Origin: Planctomycetota bacterium | GTDB lineage: Bacteria > Planctomycetota > SZUA-567 > H5-PLA8 | DNA length: 64,000 bases | Direction: 5' to 3' | Assembly (NCBI GenBank): GCA_045863855.1 | Contig: BTVV01000019.1 | Location: 1-64,000 of the forward strand | In this document: in pieces, positions 1 to 11,177 of the stretch | Layout: each line of letters opens with the position of its first letter | Position numbering within the stretch: the stretch's first letter is position 1 | The notes under the pieces: model-generated | Told to the model about the DNA's origin: nothing | Databases searched by the model: none | The model's input: the letters and a program-made list of their open reading frames with translations, nothing else | Translations under genes and position numbers: made by a program

Positions 1-1
1 C

Positions 2-406
2 GGAGGCTGGTGCCCGTTCTGCACGCGGCATTTGGCGGCGCTGCAGAAGATCGAGCCGCAACTGGCCGAACAGGGCTTGAAGCTGATCGCGATCACGCCG
101 GACGATGTATCGAAGCTCGCGCCGACGGCCGAGAAACACGGCGTGTCGTTTACGCTCCTGAGCGATCCACAGAACGCGGCGGCGAAGGCGTACAAGCTCG
201 CGTTCCGTATGGATGAAGGGACGATCGCGAAGTATCGCGAATACAAACTGAACCTGGATGCGCAGGACTGGACGCTTCCGGTGCCGGCGGTGTACGTGGT
301 CGGGCGCGACGGGAAGATTCTGTTCGCGCACGCGAACCCGGACTACAAGGCCCGGCTGGCGCCGGAGGACGTGGTGAAGGCGGCATCGGCGGCGGCGAAA
401 CCGTAA
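2..406 (+). CDS. AhpC/TSA peroxiredoxin-like protein, 5'-truncated by window edge
   Basis: Frame from nt 2 reads GGWCPFCTRHLAALQ (CxxC). Later LLSDP and PVPAVYVVGRDGKILFAHANPDYKAR are typical of PRX-like thioredoxin-fold proteins. Confidence 0.9.
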   Translation, partial: GGWCPFCTRHLAALQKIEPQLAEQGLKLIAITPDDVSKLAPTAEKHGVSFTLLSDPQNAAAKAYKLAFRMDEGTIAKYREYKLNLDAQDWTLPVPAVYVVGRDGKILFAHANPDYKARLAPEDVVKAASAAAKP

Positions 407-446
407 TAGACTGAAGGGATGAGCGCAGGCCGAGCCATCGTCGAAC

Positions 447-489
447 GCGGAACCCGGCGCGCGAAGCGTCCGCGGTTCCGTTTTCATTT
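447..489 (+). terminator. Probable intrinsic terminator
   Basis: CGGAACC (448-454) pairs with GGTTCCG (474-480), followed by TTTTCATTT, 40 nt after the stop codon. Confidence 0.55.
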
Positions 490-659
490 GAGGGGGCTTG
501 GTCTATTGCACTGGTGAACATCAACGCACGCCGTGGTTAAGGCGCTTGGGATACGCTTCGCTTTAGGTTCCGGTAAAATGATAGCATTTTTATTCAACAG
601 GGGCGCGCGGACGGGGTTGTACCGATGTAGCCGTTTTGCATCCTTATAAGGAGTCGACG

Positions 660-2063
660 ATGCCGCGTGCGCTCAGGACTTGGGGCCGGTTGGGGCTGGC
701 GGCGCTGCTGGCGGCTCCGCTGGGGTGCGGATCGGGCGCGCCGAAAGACTCGGCGGCGGCTCCCGTTCAGCCTGCGGCGGAAGCGGTGAAATCGGCCGAG
801 CCCGCGCCCGTGGCGGCGATCGAGCCTGCATCGCCTGCGCCGGAGGCGGCAACGGTGGTGCAAGGTCCGACGGTGACGAAAGTCGAGACGCCGGCGCCGG
901 CGGTGACGGGCAGCTATCCGGAGTTGATCGAGAAGCTGAAGACGCAGATCGCGTCGGGAGAGTTCGGCCCCGCGCACCGGTTGTGCTCGGAGATGCTGCG
1001 CACGTTCTACGAGCCCGAGCAACAGAATCAGCTCAGGGAATTGAGCGAACAGCTTCGCGATTACCGCGCGAGCGCGGGGCGGGCGCTGGCGGCGATTCAG
1101 TCGTTGAAGGCGACGGGCGACGCGCGCAAGCACGCTCGCGTACAGTTGCTCTCGATGGGCGAAGTCGCGCACATCCTGCTGGCTCAGGCGTTGAAGGATG
1201 CGGACGCCGACTTGGCGGCTCAGGCGGCGGAGCTTTTGGGCAAGCGGCGCGATCCGCGGGCCGTGGAGGCGCTGTTGCAGCGCCTGAACGGCGAGCCGCC
1301 TCCCGTGCTGCGCGGCGCGCTGCTGACGGCGCTCTCGAGCTTCGGGCGCGCGATCCCGGCGGATCAGATTCCCAAGCTGTACGAGCAGACGAAGGGCGAA
1401 GATTCGAAGTTCGAGCACCGCGATCTGGTGGGGGTGCTGGCGACGGCTTGGGCGACGACGGCAGGCGGGGACGCCGAGCGCTTCGGGCGGATGGCCGGCG
1501 ACGGGGAGGCGGGGCAGCGAGTGAAGGCGTACGTCGAGCGCGCGTATGCTTCGGGTTTGCCGGAGGTCGTGGCGTGGGCCGAATCGCACCTGGGCGACGT
1601 GGGGATTTATCAGCCCGGACTGTGGGGCCAGTTCTTCGAGGGGCGCAATTTCGAGAAGCAGCTTCACGAGAAGCTCTGCGAAGCGGTGAACCACATGGAG
1701 AACAACTTTCCGTTCCCGGACGGGCGGCAGGAGGAATTCAGCGCGCGCTGGACGGGGTTCCTGAAGGTCGATGCGGCGGGGACGTACACGTTCTTCTCGA
1801 CGACGGACGACGGTTCGCGGCTGTACTTGGGCGAGAAGCTGGTGCTGGACGACTGGAATCTGCACGGAACCGAAGAGCGGCAGGTTCAGGTGGAGCTGCA
1901 GCCGGGGATGCACGCGCTGAAGTACGAATATTTTCAGGGCGGCGGCGGCGCGGTGGCGAAGCTGGAGTGGCAGCGCCCCGGCGGCGCGCGGGAGTTGGTG
2001 GGCGTGAAGGACGTACGGTGCCCGCCGAAGAAGGAGCAGGGCCAGGAGGAGGGGGAGTTTTAA
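660..2063 (+). CDS. Lipoprotein with HEAT-like repeats and C-terminal PA14 domain
   Basis: RBS AAGGAG at 648-653 and ATG 660; lipobox-like APLGC; Pro/Ala linker; AAELLGKRRDPRAVEALL HEAT repeat; FSARWTGFL...YTF...TDDGSRLYL...EYFQGGG PA14 signature. Confidence 0.8.
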   Translation: MPRALRTWGRLGLAALLAAPLGCGSGAPKDSAAAPVQPAAEAVKSAEPAPVAAIEPASPAPEAATVVQGPTVTKVETPAPAVTGSYPELIEKLKTQIASGEFGPAHRLCSEMLRTFYEPEQQNQLRELSEQLRDYRASAGRALAAIQSLKATGDARKHARVQLLSMGEVAHILLAQALKDADADLAAQAAELLGKRRDPRAVEALLQRLNGEPPPVLRGALLTALSSFGRAIPADQIPKLYEQTKGEDSKFEHRDLVGVLATAWATTAGGDAERFGRMAGDGEAGQRVKAYVERAYASGLPEVVAWAESHLGDVGIYQPGLWGQFFEGRNFEKQLHEKLCEAVNHMENNFPFPDGRQEEFSARWTGFLKVDAAGTYTFFSTTDDGSRLYLGEKLVLDDWNLHGTEERQVQVELQPGMHALKYEYFQGGGGAVAKLEWQRPGGARELVGVKDVRCPPKKEQGQEEGEF

Positions 2064-2070
2064 AGGGCGG

Positions 2071-2098
2071 GTAAACAGTACACGGTGAACGGTTAGGG
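2071..2098 (+). repeat. Degenerate heptamer tandem array (GTRAACG-like), copy 1
   Basis: GTAAACA GTACACG GTGAACG GTTAGGG. Confidence 0.6.
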
Positions 2099-2298
2099 CA
2101 ACGCACGACTTAACGACAAGGCATGGGTCGGTATATTGTCCGTGATTGCAAATGACGGTGCGGGTTACTGAATTCCGAATGGCGCTAAACGCGTACGGAT
2201 TGCCAAATCCAGAACCCTGAATTTCGGTTGGTTTAGTTCGTCCTTGCCCCTAAAAGGGAGCCGCGTCCGCGATCACGGCTAATCAAGGAGGGCTGAGC

Positions 2299-3870
2299 AT
2301 GCCCAGCAATGCGATGCGTATGGCGGTGTGGGTTCTGGCGAGCTTGACCGGGCTGGGGCTTCACGCGGGCGAAGGCGAGCTGGTCAATACGTGGCTCTTC
2401 GTCGAGGGCGGTAAATTCTGGCAGCTTACGCTGACGGCGGACCGGCAGTATGCGATCACGTCCCCGGGCGGCCAGAAGGTACAGGGGCTTTATGCCGCGA
2501 CGGGCACGGATTTGGCGCTGACGTATCCCGACGCGGTGAAGGCGCGGCGGCATTTCCGCTACACGGTGGCGGCCGATGCGCTGAGTTTGACGCAGTCCGA
2601 TAAGGACCAGCCTTCGCGCGATGCGCACACGCTGAACGATCTGCCGCCGAAGACGGGGCGGTCGGACTGGCAGAGCCGCGCGGCGTACGAAAAGGCGTAC
2701 CAGGAGCAGCAGGCGCGCGAAGCGGCGGAACGGGCCGCGAAGGCCGAAGCGGAACGGAAAGCGAAGGAGGAAGCGGAGCGGCTGGCACGCGAAGAAGCGG
2801 CACGACGCGAAGCTGAAGCTCGGGCCGCGCAAACGCAGGCGCCCGCGGTTCAGACGGCGGTCCGGCCCGTGCATCCTCCGGTTCCCGCCGACGCGGTCAA
2901 GCCTCCGGCCGATTATCCCGAACCGCTGCTGGCGCTGTGGGAAGAAGCGCGCAGCGACCAGGCGTACCGGCAACACCGCGAGCTCGCGGACCTGGCGTTC
3001 TTGAAGGGCGATTGGGAAGCGGCGCACGCGCACTACGAAGCGGCGCTGCATCACGAGCCGGAAGACGCGGAAGCGCGGACGCGGGCTTCGGCGGCGGCGG
3101 GCTGGCTGGCGGTGCTGCGCGGCGACGCCGCGCGCGAGCGGCGCGACTGGAAGACGGCGAAAGAAGAATATCACCGGGCAGGCGTGGCGTATCCGCCGCT
3201 GCGGGAGTTGTACGGCGCGCGGATGTCGCGGATGAACCGCTCGCGGACCGGGCAGGGCCAAGGGCGCCCGGGCGTTCCGGCCGGCGATGCCAACGCCGCC
3301 GCTCAAGAAGCGCGCATTCTCGACTTCGTCCGGAAGGAACAGTTCGACGAAGCGGAGAAGATCGCCGACGCGGCGACGGTGCTGCACCCCGAAAACGCGG
3401 ACCTGCTGCGGCTTGAAGACGGCCTGGCCGACCTGCGCACGACGCGCGAACGCGCCGTGCTGGTGGGCGCGTCGCGGGTAAAAGCGCTGGAACTTCAGCA
3501 GCAGGCGGTGGCGATCGACGCGCGCGACGCGTACGCGGCGAAGCTGCTGCCGCAACTGGAGGCGCTCGACCAGCGCCTGGGCTCCTCTGTGCGCGCGGCG
3601 CGCGACTTGCTGCTGGCCAAGCGCTACGCGGAACTTAAGGATCAGCCGGCGGTGGTTCGCACCAGCGCTCGGGAGCTGAGCGAATGGTCGATCGCCGCAC
3701 GCGACCACTACGAGGCGCAAGCTCGCGCGGCGCGGGAAGCCGGCGGATTCGACTTTGGCGTCTTCCGGGTCGGGAACAAGGAAGCGGGCGAGAAGAGCAA
3801 GAAGCTCGCCGCGTTGTCGGCGGCGTATGGAGAACTGGCTCGCAGCGCGGACGAGTTGAGCCGGAACTAG
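2299..3870 (+). CDS. Secreted hypothetical protein with beta-rich N-domain, E/A/K coiled coil and TPR-like repeats
   Basis: RBS AAGGAGG; signal peptide; EAAERAAKAEAERKAKEE stretch; GDWEAAHAHYEAALHHEPED TPR-like repeat. Confidence 0.7.
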   Translation: MPSNAMRMAVWVLASLTGLGLHAGEGELVNTWLFVEGGKFWQLTLTADRQYAITSPGGQKVQGLYAATGTDLALTYPDAVKARRHFRYTVAADALSLTQSDKDQPSRDAHTLNDLPPKTGRSDWQSRAAYEKAYQEQQAREAAERAAKAEAERKAKEEAERLAREEAARREAEARAAQTQAPAVQTAVRPVHPPVPADAVKPPADYPEPLLALWEEARSDQAYRQHRELADLAFLKGDWEAAHAHYEAALHHEPEDAEARTRASAAAGWLAVLRGDAARERRDWKTAKEEYHRAGVAYPPLRELYGARMSRMNRSRTGQGQGRPGVPAGDANAAAQEARILDFVRKEQFDEAEKIADAATVLHPENADLLRLEDGLADLRTTRERAVLVGASRVKALELQQQAVAIDARDAYAAKLLPQLEALDQRLGSSVRAARDLLLAKRYAELKDQPAVVRTSARELSEWSIAARDHYEAQARAAREAGGFDFGVFRVGNKEAGEKSKKLAALSAAYGELARSADELSRN

Positions 3871-3992
3871 GCACTGTCCCGAAACCCTTCTTCGGCGTCT
3901 GCTTGCGGGGACCTGCGCAGCGCTTCGTCGGCCTCGCTCTGCTTGGTCCGCGCGGCGCATCCGCCTTCGATGCGTTTCGAGACAGAGCCTAG
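3867..3992. mobile_element. MITE-like element, 126 bp, CTAG at both ends
   Basis: CTAGGCACTGTCCCGAAAC (3867-3885) and GTTTCGAGACAGAGCCTAG (3974-3992) are inverted repeats matching 17/19; no coding capacity. Confidence 0.7.
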
Positions 3993-4033
3993 CAGATTTC
4001 GGATGCCGATTTTGAATATTGGCTGGCTGCGTT

Positions 4034-4072
4034 GGGGATGCGGGGGCGTGCTTCCCGCATCCCCGCCCTTTT
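4034..4072 (+). terminator. GC-rich hairpin, possible terminator or REP
   Basis: GGGGATGCGGG (4034-4044) pairs with CCCGCATCCCC (4054-4064), then GCCCTTTT. Confidence 0.5.
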
Positions 4073-4148
4073 CCTAGAGGGAGAAGGGAACGGCTTGAGT
4101 ATGAAGCCGGCGCGGCGCGGCCACTTTCGCTTCCCCCTTATTTCGCAT

Positions 4149-4165
4149 GCGGGCGAGACGCCCGC
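4149..4165. repeat. REP-like short palindrome
   Basis: GCGGGCG-AGA-CGCCCGC perfect hairpin in an intergenic region. Confidence 0.45.
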
Positions 4166-4174
4166 GATACCTGA

Positions 4175-6328
<2,154 letters not shown>

Positions 6329-6341
6329 GCTCCCGCGCCCT

Positions 6342-6722
6342 TCAGGCGTACCCGAGTTCGTCCAGACGGTCCTCGTCGAGGCCGAAATGGTGCCCGATCT
6401 CGTGGAGCACCGTGGTCTGGATCTCGCGCTTAAGTTCCTCCTCCGAGTCGCAGTCTTCGAGCAGCGGTTCGTAAAAGATCGAGATGCGCGGCGGCAGGCC
6501 GGGCGGGTCGTCGACGTGGCGCTCGGTCAGCGCATGACCCTCATAGAGCCCGTAGACTTCCTCGTCCGGTTGAAGCTCCAGCTCGCGGCGCTGGGCGGCG
6601 CTGGCGCGGGGTTGAAGGCTCAAAACGCATTCGGCGACGGCTTCGCGGAACTCTTCCGGCAGCGTGGCGAGGGCCTCTTCGGCGAGGCGGCGGATACGCT
6701 TCGGGGGCAGGTCAAGCGGCAT
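6342..6722 (-). CDS. Minimal zincin-fold metallopeptidase family protein
   Basis: YGLYEG...PPRISIF...TVLHEIGHHFGLDEDRL; RBS GGAGG before ATG 6722. Confidence 0.9.
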   Translation of the reverse strand: MPLDLPPKRIRRLAEEALATLPEEFREAVAECVLSLQPRASAAQRRELELQPDEEVYGLYEGHALTERHVDDPPGLPPRISIFYEPLLEDCDSEEELKREIQTTVLHEIGHHFGLDEDRLDELGYA

Positions 6723-6990
6723 GTCCGAACCTCCGGTGCAGCGCGGCGCGGTCAGAAGTAAGCGGCCCATAGGGGAGCTCGCGCCTCGCGCTGACTCTAC
6801 CGCGCGCCGGGAATGAATTCATTCCATCCCGGATTGAATGCCTCCGGCGCGAGCGCGGTTCAGCACCCAAGACGGGCCACACAAGCGCTTCAAGCAGCCG
6901 GAAACCCGAGTTCGATAAATCCGCTTATAACCCTGGCGGACTCAAGGAATACGGAGTATATAGACTTAGGTACATAAGATAGGAGTAGGC

Positions 6991-8133
6991 ATGGCCGACC
7001 CCCTTTCGCATAGCCGCTACTGGAAGCTTCCGACGCAATCGGATCAGCCGCTGTATCAGCAGATCCGCGAATTGATTCTGCGTCACTTGGAGGCCGGGCG
7101 CGCCAAGCCGGGCGATCTGCTGCCGTCGTACCCGTGGCTTTCGAAGACGCTGGGCGTCGCGGACAAGACGGTGCGGCAGGCGTATGCGGAGTTGGAACGC
7201 GCGGGGGTGCTGGAGATTCGGCGCGGCAAGGGGACATTCGTCGCGCACCGCGGGACGGAAACGGGCGCGGACTTGGCCAAGACGGGTGTTATAGGCATCC
7301 TGCCTCCGCCCCTCCCCGTGGACCTCTCGGACGAGACCTTTTTCTGGCGCGTCATGCGCGGGATGCAGGAGGCGGCGTTCGCGGAGCACCTGGACACGCT
7401 GGTGCTGGCCCGAGCGGGCGATCTGCGCAACCCGGGGTCGGCCGAACGGCTGGCCGACCGGCGGCGCATGGACGGCCTGGCGCTGCTGGGGCAGGCGGCC
7501 GAGGACTTCCTGAAACGGCTGCACGCGCTGCACTTCCCGGCGGTGCTGGTGGACGCGCATTTCGAGCAGGCTCCGGTGGACTGCGTGGTGCTGGACAACG
7601 CGGGCGCGGGGCGGGATCTGACCTACCGGCTGATCGGGCTGGGGCACCGCAAAATCGGCTTTCTGGGCATTCCGCGCGGGCAGAGCAGCAAAGAGCGCGA
7701 GGCGGGCTACCGGCACGCGATGGGCGCGGCGGGGTTGCCGGTGTCGCCGGACTGGGTTGCGCGCGCGGACGTGGACCTGGGCGAGTCGGGGCAAGCGGCG
7801 GCCGATGCGCTGCTGGACCGGGGCCTGACGGCCGTGGTGGCCTTCAACGGCGGGCTGGCTCAGGGTGTCGCGGAGGTAGCGGCCAAGCGCGGGCTGCGCG
7901 TGCCGCGGGATTTGTCGATCGTGGCGACCGCGGCTTCGGGGCTGTGGATGCTTCCCGGCGGCATCCCGCTGGAGCATCTGGCGTTCGATCCGCAGGAATT
8001 GGGCACGCGCGCGGTGAAACTCTTGGCCGAACGGATCGCGGGTTCGGACGAACTGCCCCGCAAATCGGTGGTGCCGGCGCGGCCGGTGGCGGGCGGCAGC
8101 CTTGCGCCGCCGGGCACGACGGGTTCCCGGTAA
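6991..8133 (+). CDS. GntR-HTH plus LacI-type sugar-binding domain regulator (AraR-like architecture)
   Basis: PLYQQIRE...PGDLLPS...TVRQAY...RRGKGTFV, followed by a periplasmic-binding-fold domain (GHRKIGFL, RVPRDLSIV). Confidence 0.92.
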   Translation: MADPLSHSRYWKLPTQSDQPLYQQIRELILRHLEAGRAKPGDLLPSYPWLSKTLGVADKTVRQAYAELERAGVLEIRRGKGTFVAHRGTETGADLAKTGVIGILPPPLPVDLSDETFFWRVMRGMQEAAFAEHLDTLVLARAGDLRNPGSAERLADRRRMDGLALLGQAAEDFLKRLHALHFPAVLVDAHFEQAPVDCVVLDNAGAGRDLTYRLIGLGHRKIGFLGIPRGQSSKEREAGYRHAMGAAGLPVSPDWVARADVDLGESGQAAADALLDRGLTAVVAFNGGLAQGVAEVAAKRGLRVPRDLSIVATAASGLWMLPGGIPLEHLAFDPQELGTRAVKLLAERIAGSDELPRKSVVPARPVAGGSLAPPGTTGSR

Positions 8134-8206
8134 GTCGCATTCGTTCAACGGGCATGCGAAGCAGGGCATGGGCGGCGTCACGCTCGCATGTATAGGAGAA
8201 TCGAAG

Positions 8207-9340
8207 ATGTCGACCGGATATGCGGTGTGGGTGGCGGTGCTGGCGGGAAGCATGGCGCTGGGCGTGTACGGCTCGGAAGCGCCCGAAGCCCCGAAGCGAT
8301 TCGTGTACGGCTGGTTCCCGAAGAACATGAAGGATTGGAGCACGCAGGCGCTGGACTGGCCGGCGATCACGCATCTTTGTTTCCGTTCGGTGGTGGTGCA
8401 GCCGGACGGGACGATCAAGATCGGCGGCGCGTGCAGTCCGGAGCAGATCCGTGCGCTGCGCAAGGAATCCAAGGAGCACGGCGTCAAACTGTGCGTGCTG
8501 GTGTGGGGCACGAACAAGGCGAACAGCGATGCGTATCTGGCGCGGCATACGGGCGTCTTCGCGGAGCAGATCGCGGCCTTCGTGAAAGAGTACGAATTGG
8601 ACGGCGTGAATTTAGACGACGAGACCTGGCACGAAAAGAATTCGGTGACAGGAGAAAGCAACCGCGAAGCGGTGACGGCGCTTTTCAAGCAGACGCGGGA
8701 GCAATTGGACAAGATCCGGCCGGGCCTGCATCTCTCGTACGCGTCGCCTCCCGTGATCAGCGCGGAAGACAAATTCGGACAAGCCTGGATGGACTACCGG
8801 GCCATCGCGGCGCAGATCGACCACTTCACGATCATGAGCTACTGCATGACGCCGCCGACGATCGGCTGGACGGGGAGCGCTCAGGCGGTGCGCGGGGGCG
8901 GTAAGGTAGGCGAGCATCCGCGCGACTACGCGACGCTGATGGAGGATTACTTAAAGGCGACCGGCGGCGCCAAGGAGAAGCTGATGCTGGGGATCGACTT
9001 GGGTCGCGGCGGGACGGAATGGACGGCCGCGGGGCCGGGCCGGGGGGCGAGCATCGTAGGCAAACCAAGGGCGCTCTCGGCGGCCGAGGCGCGCGCGAAC
9101 GCCGAGAAGCATGGCCGGAAGTTCGATCCGGAGCAGCAGGCGCCATACTACGAATATCGCGATGGCGAGCACTGGATTCAAGGCTGGTACGAAGACGAGG
9201 AATCGTTCGCGGCAAAGTTGAAGCTCGCACGCGACCTGCAATTACCGGGCGTCTGTCTGTGGGTACTCGACGGCGTGGCGGAGCCGGAGAGCACGTGGAA
9301 GGGACTAAAGCATTATCTAACGCCCATGGCCGCGAAATAG
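8207..9340 (+). CDS. Secreted glycoside hydrolase family 18-like protein
   Basis: RBS AGGAGA; signal peptide; LDGVNLDDE (DxxDxDxE variant), IMSY, WYEDEESFAAKLKLA...GVCLW. Confidence 0.85.
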   Translation: MSTGYAVWVAVLAGSMALGVYGSEAPEAPKRFVYGWFPKNMKDWSTQALDWPAITHLCFRSVVVQPDGTIKIGGACSPEQIRALRKESKEHGVKLCVLVWGTNKANSDAYLARHTGVFAEQIAAFVKEYELDGVNLDDETWHEKNSVTGESNREAVTALFKQTREQLDKIRPGLHLSYASPPVISAEDKFGQAWMDYRAIAAQIDHFTIMSYCMTPPTIGWTGSAQAVRGGGKVGEHPRDYATLMEDYLKATGGAKEKLMLGIDLGRGGTEWTAAGPGRGASIVGKPRALSAAEARANAEKHGRKFDPEQQAPYYEYRDGEHWIQGWYEDEESFAAKLKLARDLQLPGVCLWVLDGVAEPESTWKGLKHYLTPMAAK

Positions 9341-9367
9341 CTTCGGAACGTCAGAATCTGCTTCAGG

Positions 9368-10993
9368 CTACTTCTCCCCCGTGGAAGTGCCCACATCGAG
9401 AGCATTGACCAAGGGCCGGTCGGAGACGATGGCGCGCGGGTTCTGGGTGCGGAAATAGCGTTCGGACCAGTCGCTGCTGAAGAGGACCACGGGCTGGCCG
9501 GCCGCATCGAGGACTTTGACGCTGTCGGTGGGCAGGATCAGATCGTCCAAATCGGTGGCTCCAGGCGCGGGACCGACCCAGCGCAAGACCGTCCAGGGGC
9601 ATTTTTCGAGGCGCGACTGGACCCCGTATTCGCTCTCCAGGCGGTACTGCACCACTTCAAATTGCAGCGGCCCCACGGCGCCCAATAGCGGCACGCGCAG
9701 CGCCGCGTCGGGCATTTCGAACGTCTGGATGACGCCTTCCTGCAGGAGCTGTTCGACGCCGGCGCGGAAGCGTTTGTACATGGACGGCTGCGGGCAGTGC
9801 AGGAACGCGAAGCATTCGGACGGAAAGCGCGGAATCTCGTCGAAGACGATGGAGGTGTCTTCGGTGAGGGTATCGCCGACGCGAAAGTCGGCGTGTCCGA
9901 CGACGCCCACGATATCGCCGGGAAACGCCTCGTCGACGGTGTCGCGGTCCTGCCCGAAGAGGCGGTGCGAAGCGGCGAGGCGGAGCTTCTTTCCGGAGCG
10001 CGCGTGGGTAACGGTCATGCCGCGCGTGAACTGGCCGGAACAAATGCGGACAAAAGCCAGACGGTCGCGGTGGTGGGGGTCCATATTGGCTTGGATTTTA
10101 AAGATAAATCCCGAGAAAGCCTCGGTCTCAGGCGCGACAACGCCGCCGCGCGCGATGCGCGGCGCCGGCGGAGGCGCGTAAGATAGGAAGCCGTCGAGCA
10201 GCAATTGCACGCCGAAATTATTGAGCGCGCTTCCGAAGAATACGGGGGTCAATTCTCCGTCCAAGACCGCTTCGAGGTCGAAGGGCGCGCCGGCGCCTTC
10301 GAGCATTTCCAGTTCCTCGGTGACCTGCTTATGGGTTTCCGGCGGGATCTGCTGGACGACGAAGGGGTCCGCGAAGCCCGCCGTCTCGACGGGAGCGCGG
10401 TACGCGCCTCCGGGGGTGCGTTCGAAGAGATGGACCTTGCGGTCCAGGCGGTCGTAGACGCCCTGGAATTGATTGCCCGAACCGACCGGCCAATTCACGG
10501 CGAAGGCGTGAATGCCGAGCACCTTTTCGATTTCGTCCATCAGCGAGAGGGGTTCCCGCGCGGATCGGTCGAGCTTGTTGACGAAAGTGAAGATCGGGAT
10601 TTTACGGCGGCGGCAGACCTCGAATAGTTTGCGCGTCTGGCTCTCGATACCTTTGCCGGCGTCGACGACCATCACCGCGGCGTCGACGGCGGTAAGCACA
10701 CGGTAGGTGTCTTCGGAGAAGTCGTTGTGTCCCGGCGTATCGAGGAGGTTGACCGAAAAGCCCCCGTACTCGAAATGGAGCACCGTCGAACTGACGGAGA
10801 TGCCGCGCTTCTTCTCGAGTTCCATCCAGTCGGAGACGGTCGCTCGCTGGTTGCGCCGCGCCTTGACCGAACCGGCCAATTGTAGCGCGCCGCCGTAGAG
10901 CAAGAATTTCTCGGTGAGCGTGGTTTTTCCGGCGTCGGGGTGCGAGATGATCGCAAAGGTCCGGCGTTTGGCGATTTCGGCGATGGCGCGCAT
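9368..10993 (-). CDS. prfC: Peptide chain release factor 3
   Basis: RRTFAIISHPDAGKTTLTEK, SDWMELEKKRGISV, LDTPGHNDFSEDTYR, GAVGPLQFEV. Confidence 0.97.
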   Translation of the reverse strand: MRAIAEIAKRRTFAIISHPDAGKTTLTEKFLLYGGALQLAGSVKARRNQRATVSDWMELEKKRGISVSSTVLHFEYGGFSVNLLDTPGHNDFSEDTYRVLTAVDAAVMVVDAGKGIESQTRKLFEVCRRRKIPIFTFVNKLDRSAREPLSLMDEIEKVLGIHAFAVNWPVGSGNQFQGVYDRLDRKVHLFERTPGGAYRAPVETAGFADPFVVQQIPPETHKQVTEELEMLEGAGAPFDLEAVLDGELTPVFFGSALNNFGVQLLLDGFLSYAPPPAPRIARGGVVAPETEAFSGFIFKIQANMDPHHRDRLAFVRICSGQFTRGMTVTHARSGKKLRLAASHRLFGQDRDTVDEAFPGDIVGVVGHADFRVGDTLTEDTSIVFDEIPRFPSECFAFLHCPQPSMYKRFRAGVEQLLQEGVIQTFEMPDAALRVPLLGAVGPLQFEVVQYRLESEYGVQSRLEKCPWTVLRWVGPAPGATDLDDLILPTDSVKVLDAAGQPVVLFSSDWSERYFRTQNPRAIVSDRPLVNALDVGTSTGEK

Positions 10994-11177
10994 GGTTCGT
11001 TCTGGTTTCGAGAAATAAAAAAGGGAGAGCGCGGAGCCGCCGCGTGCGGGGCTCGGATCAGGGCGGCGTACAGCCGGCGGCGCAAAGCATGCGGGCGCTA
11101 TCCATAACCTTCTTATAAAATGCGGGCGTGGAACTGGCAACGCCGAGAATGAGCGGATGCCGCGCGGAGATACGAAG

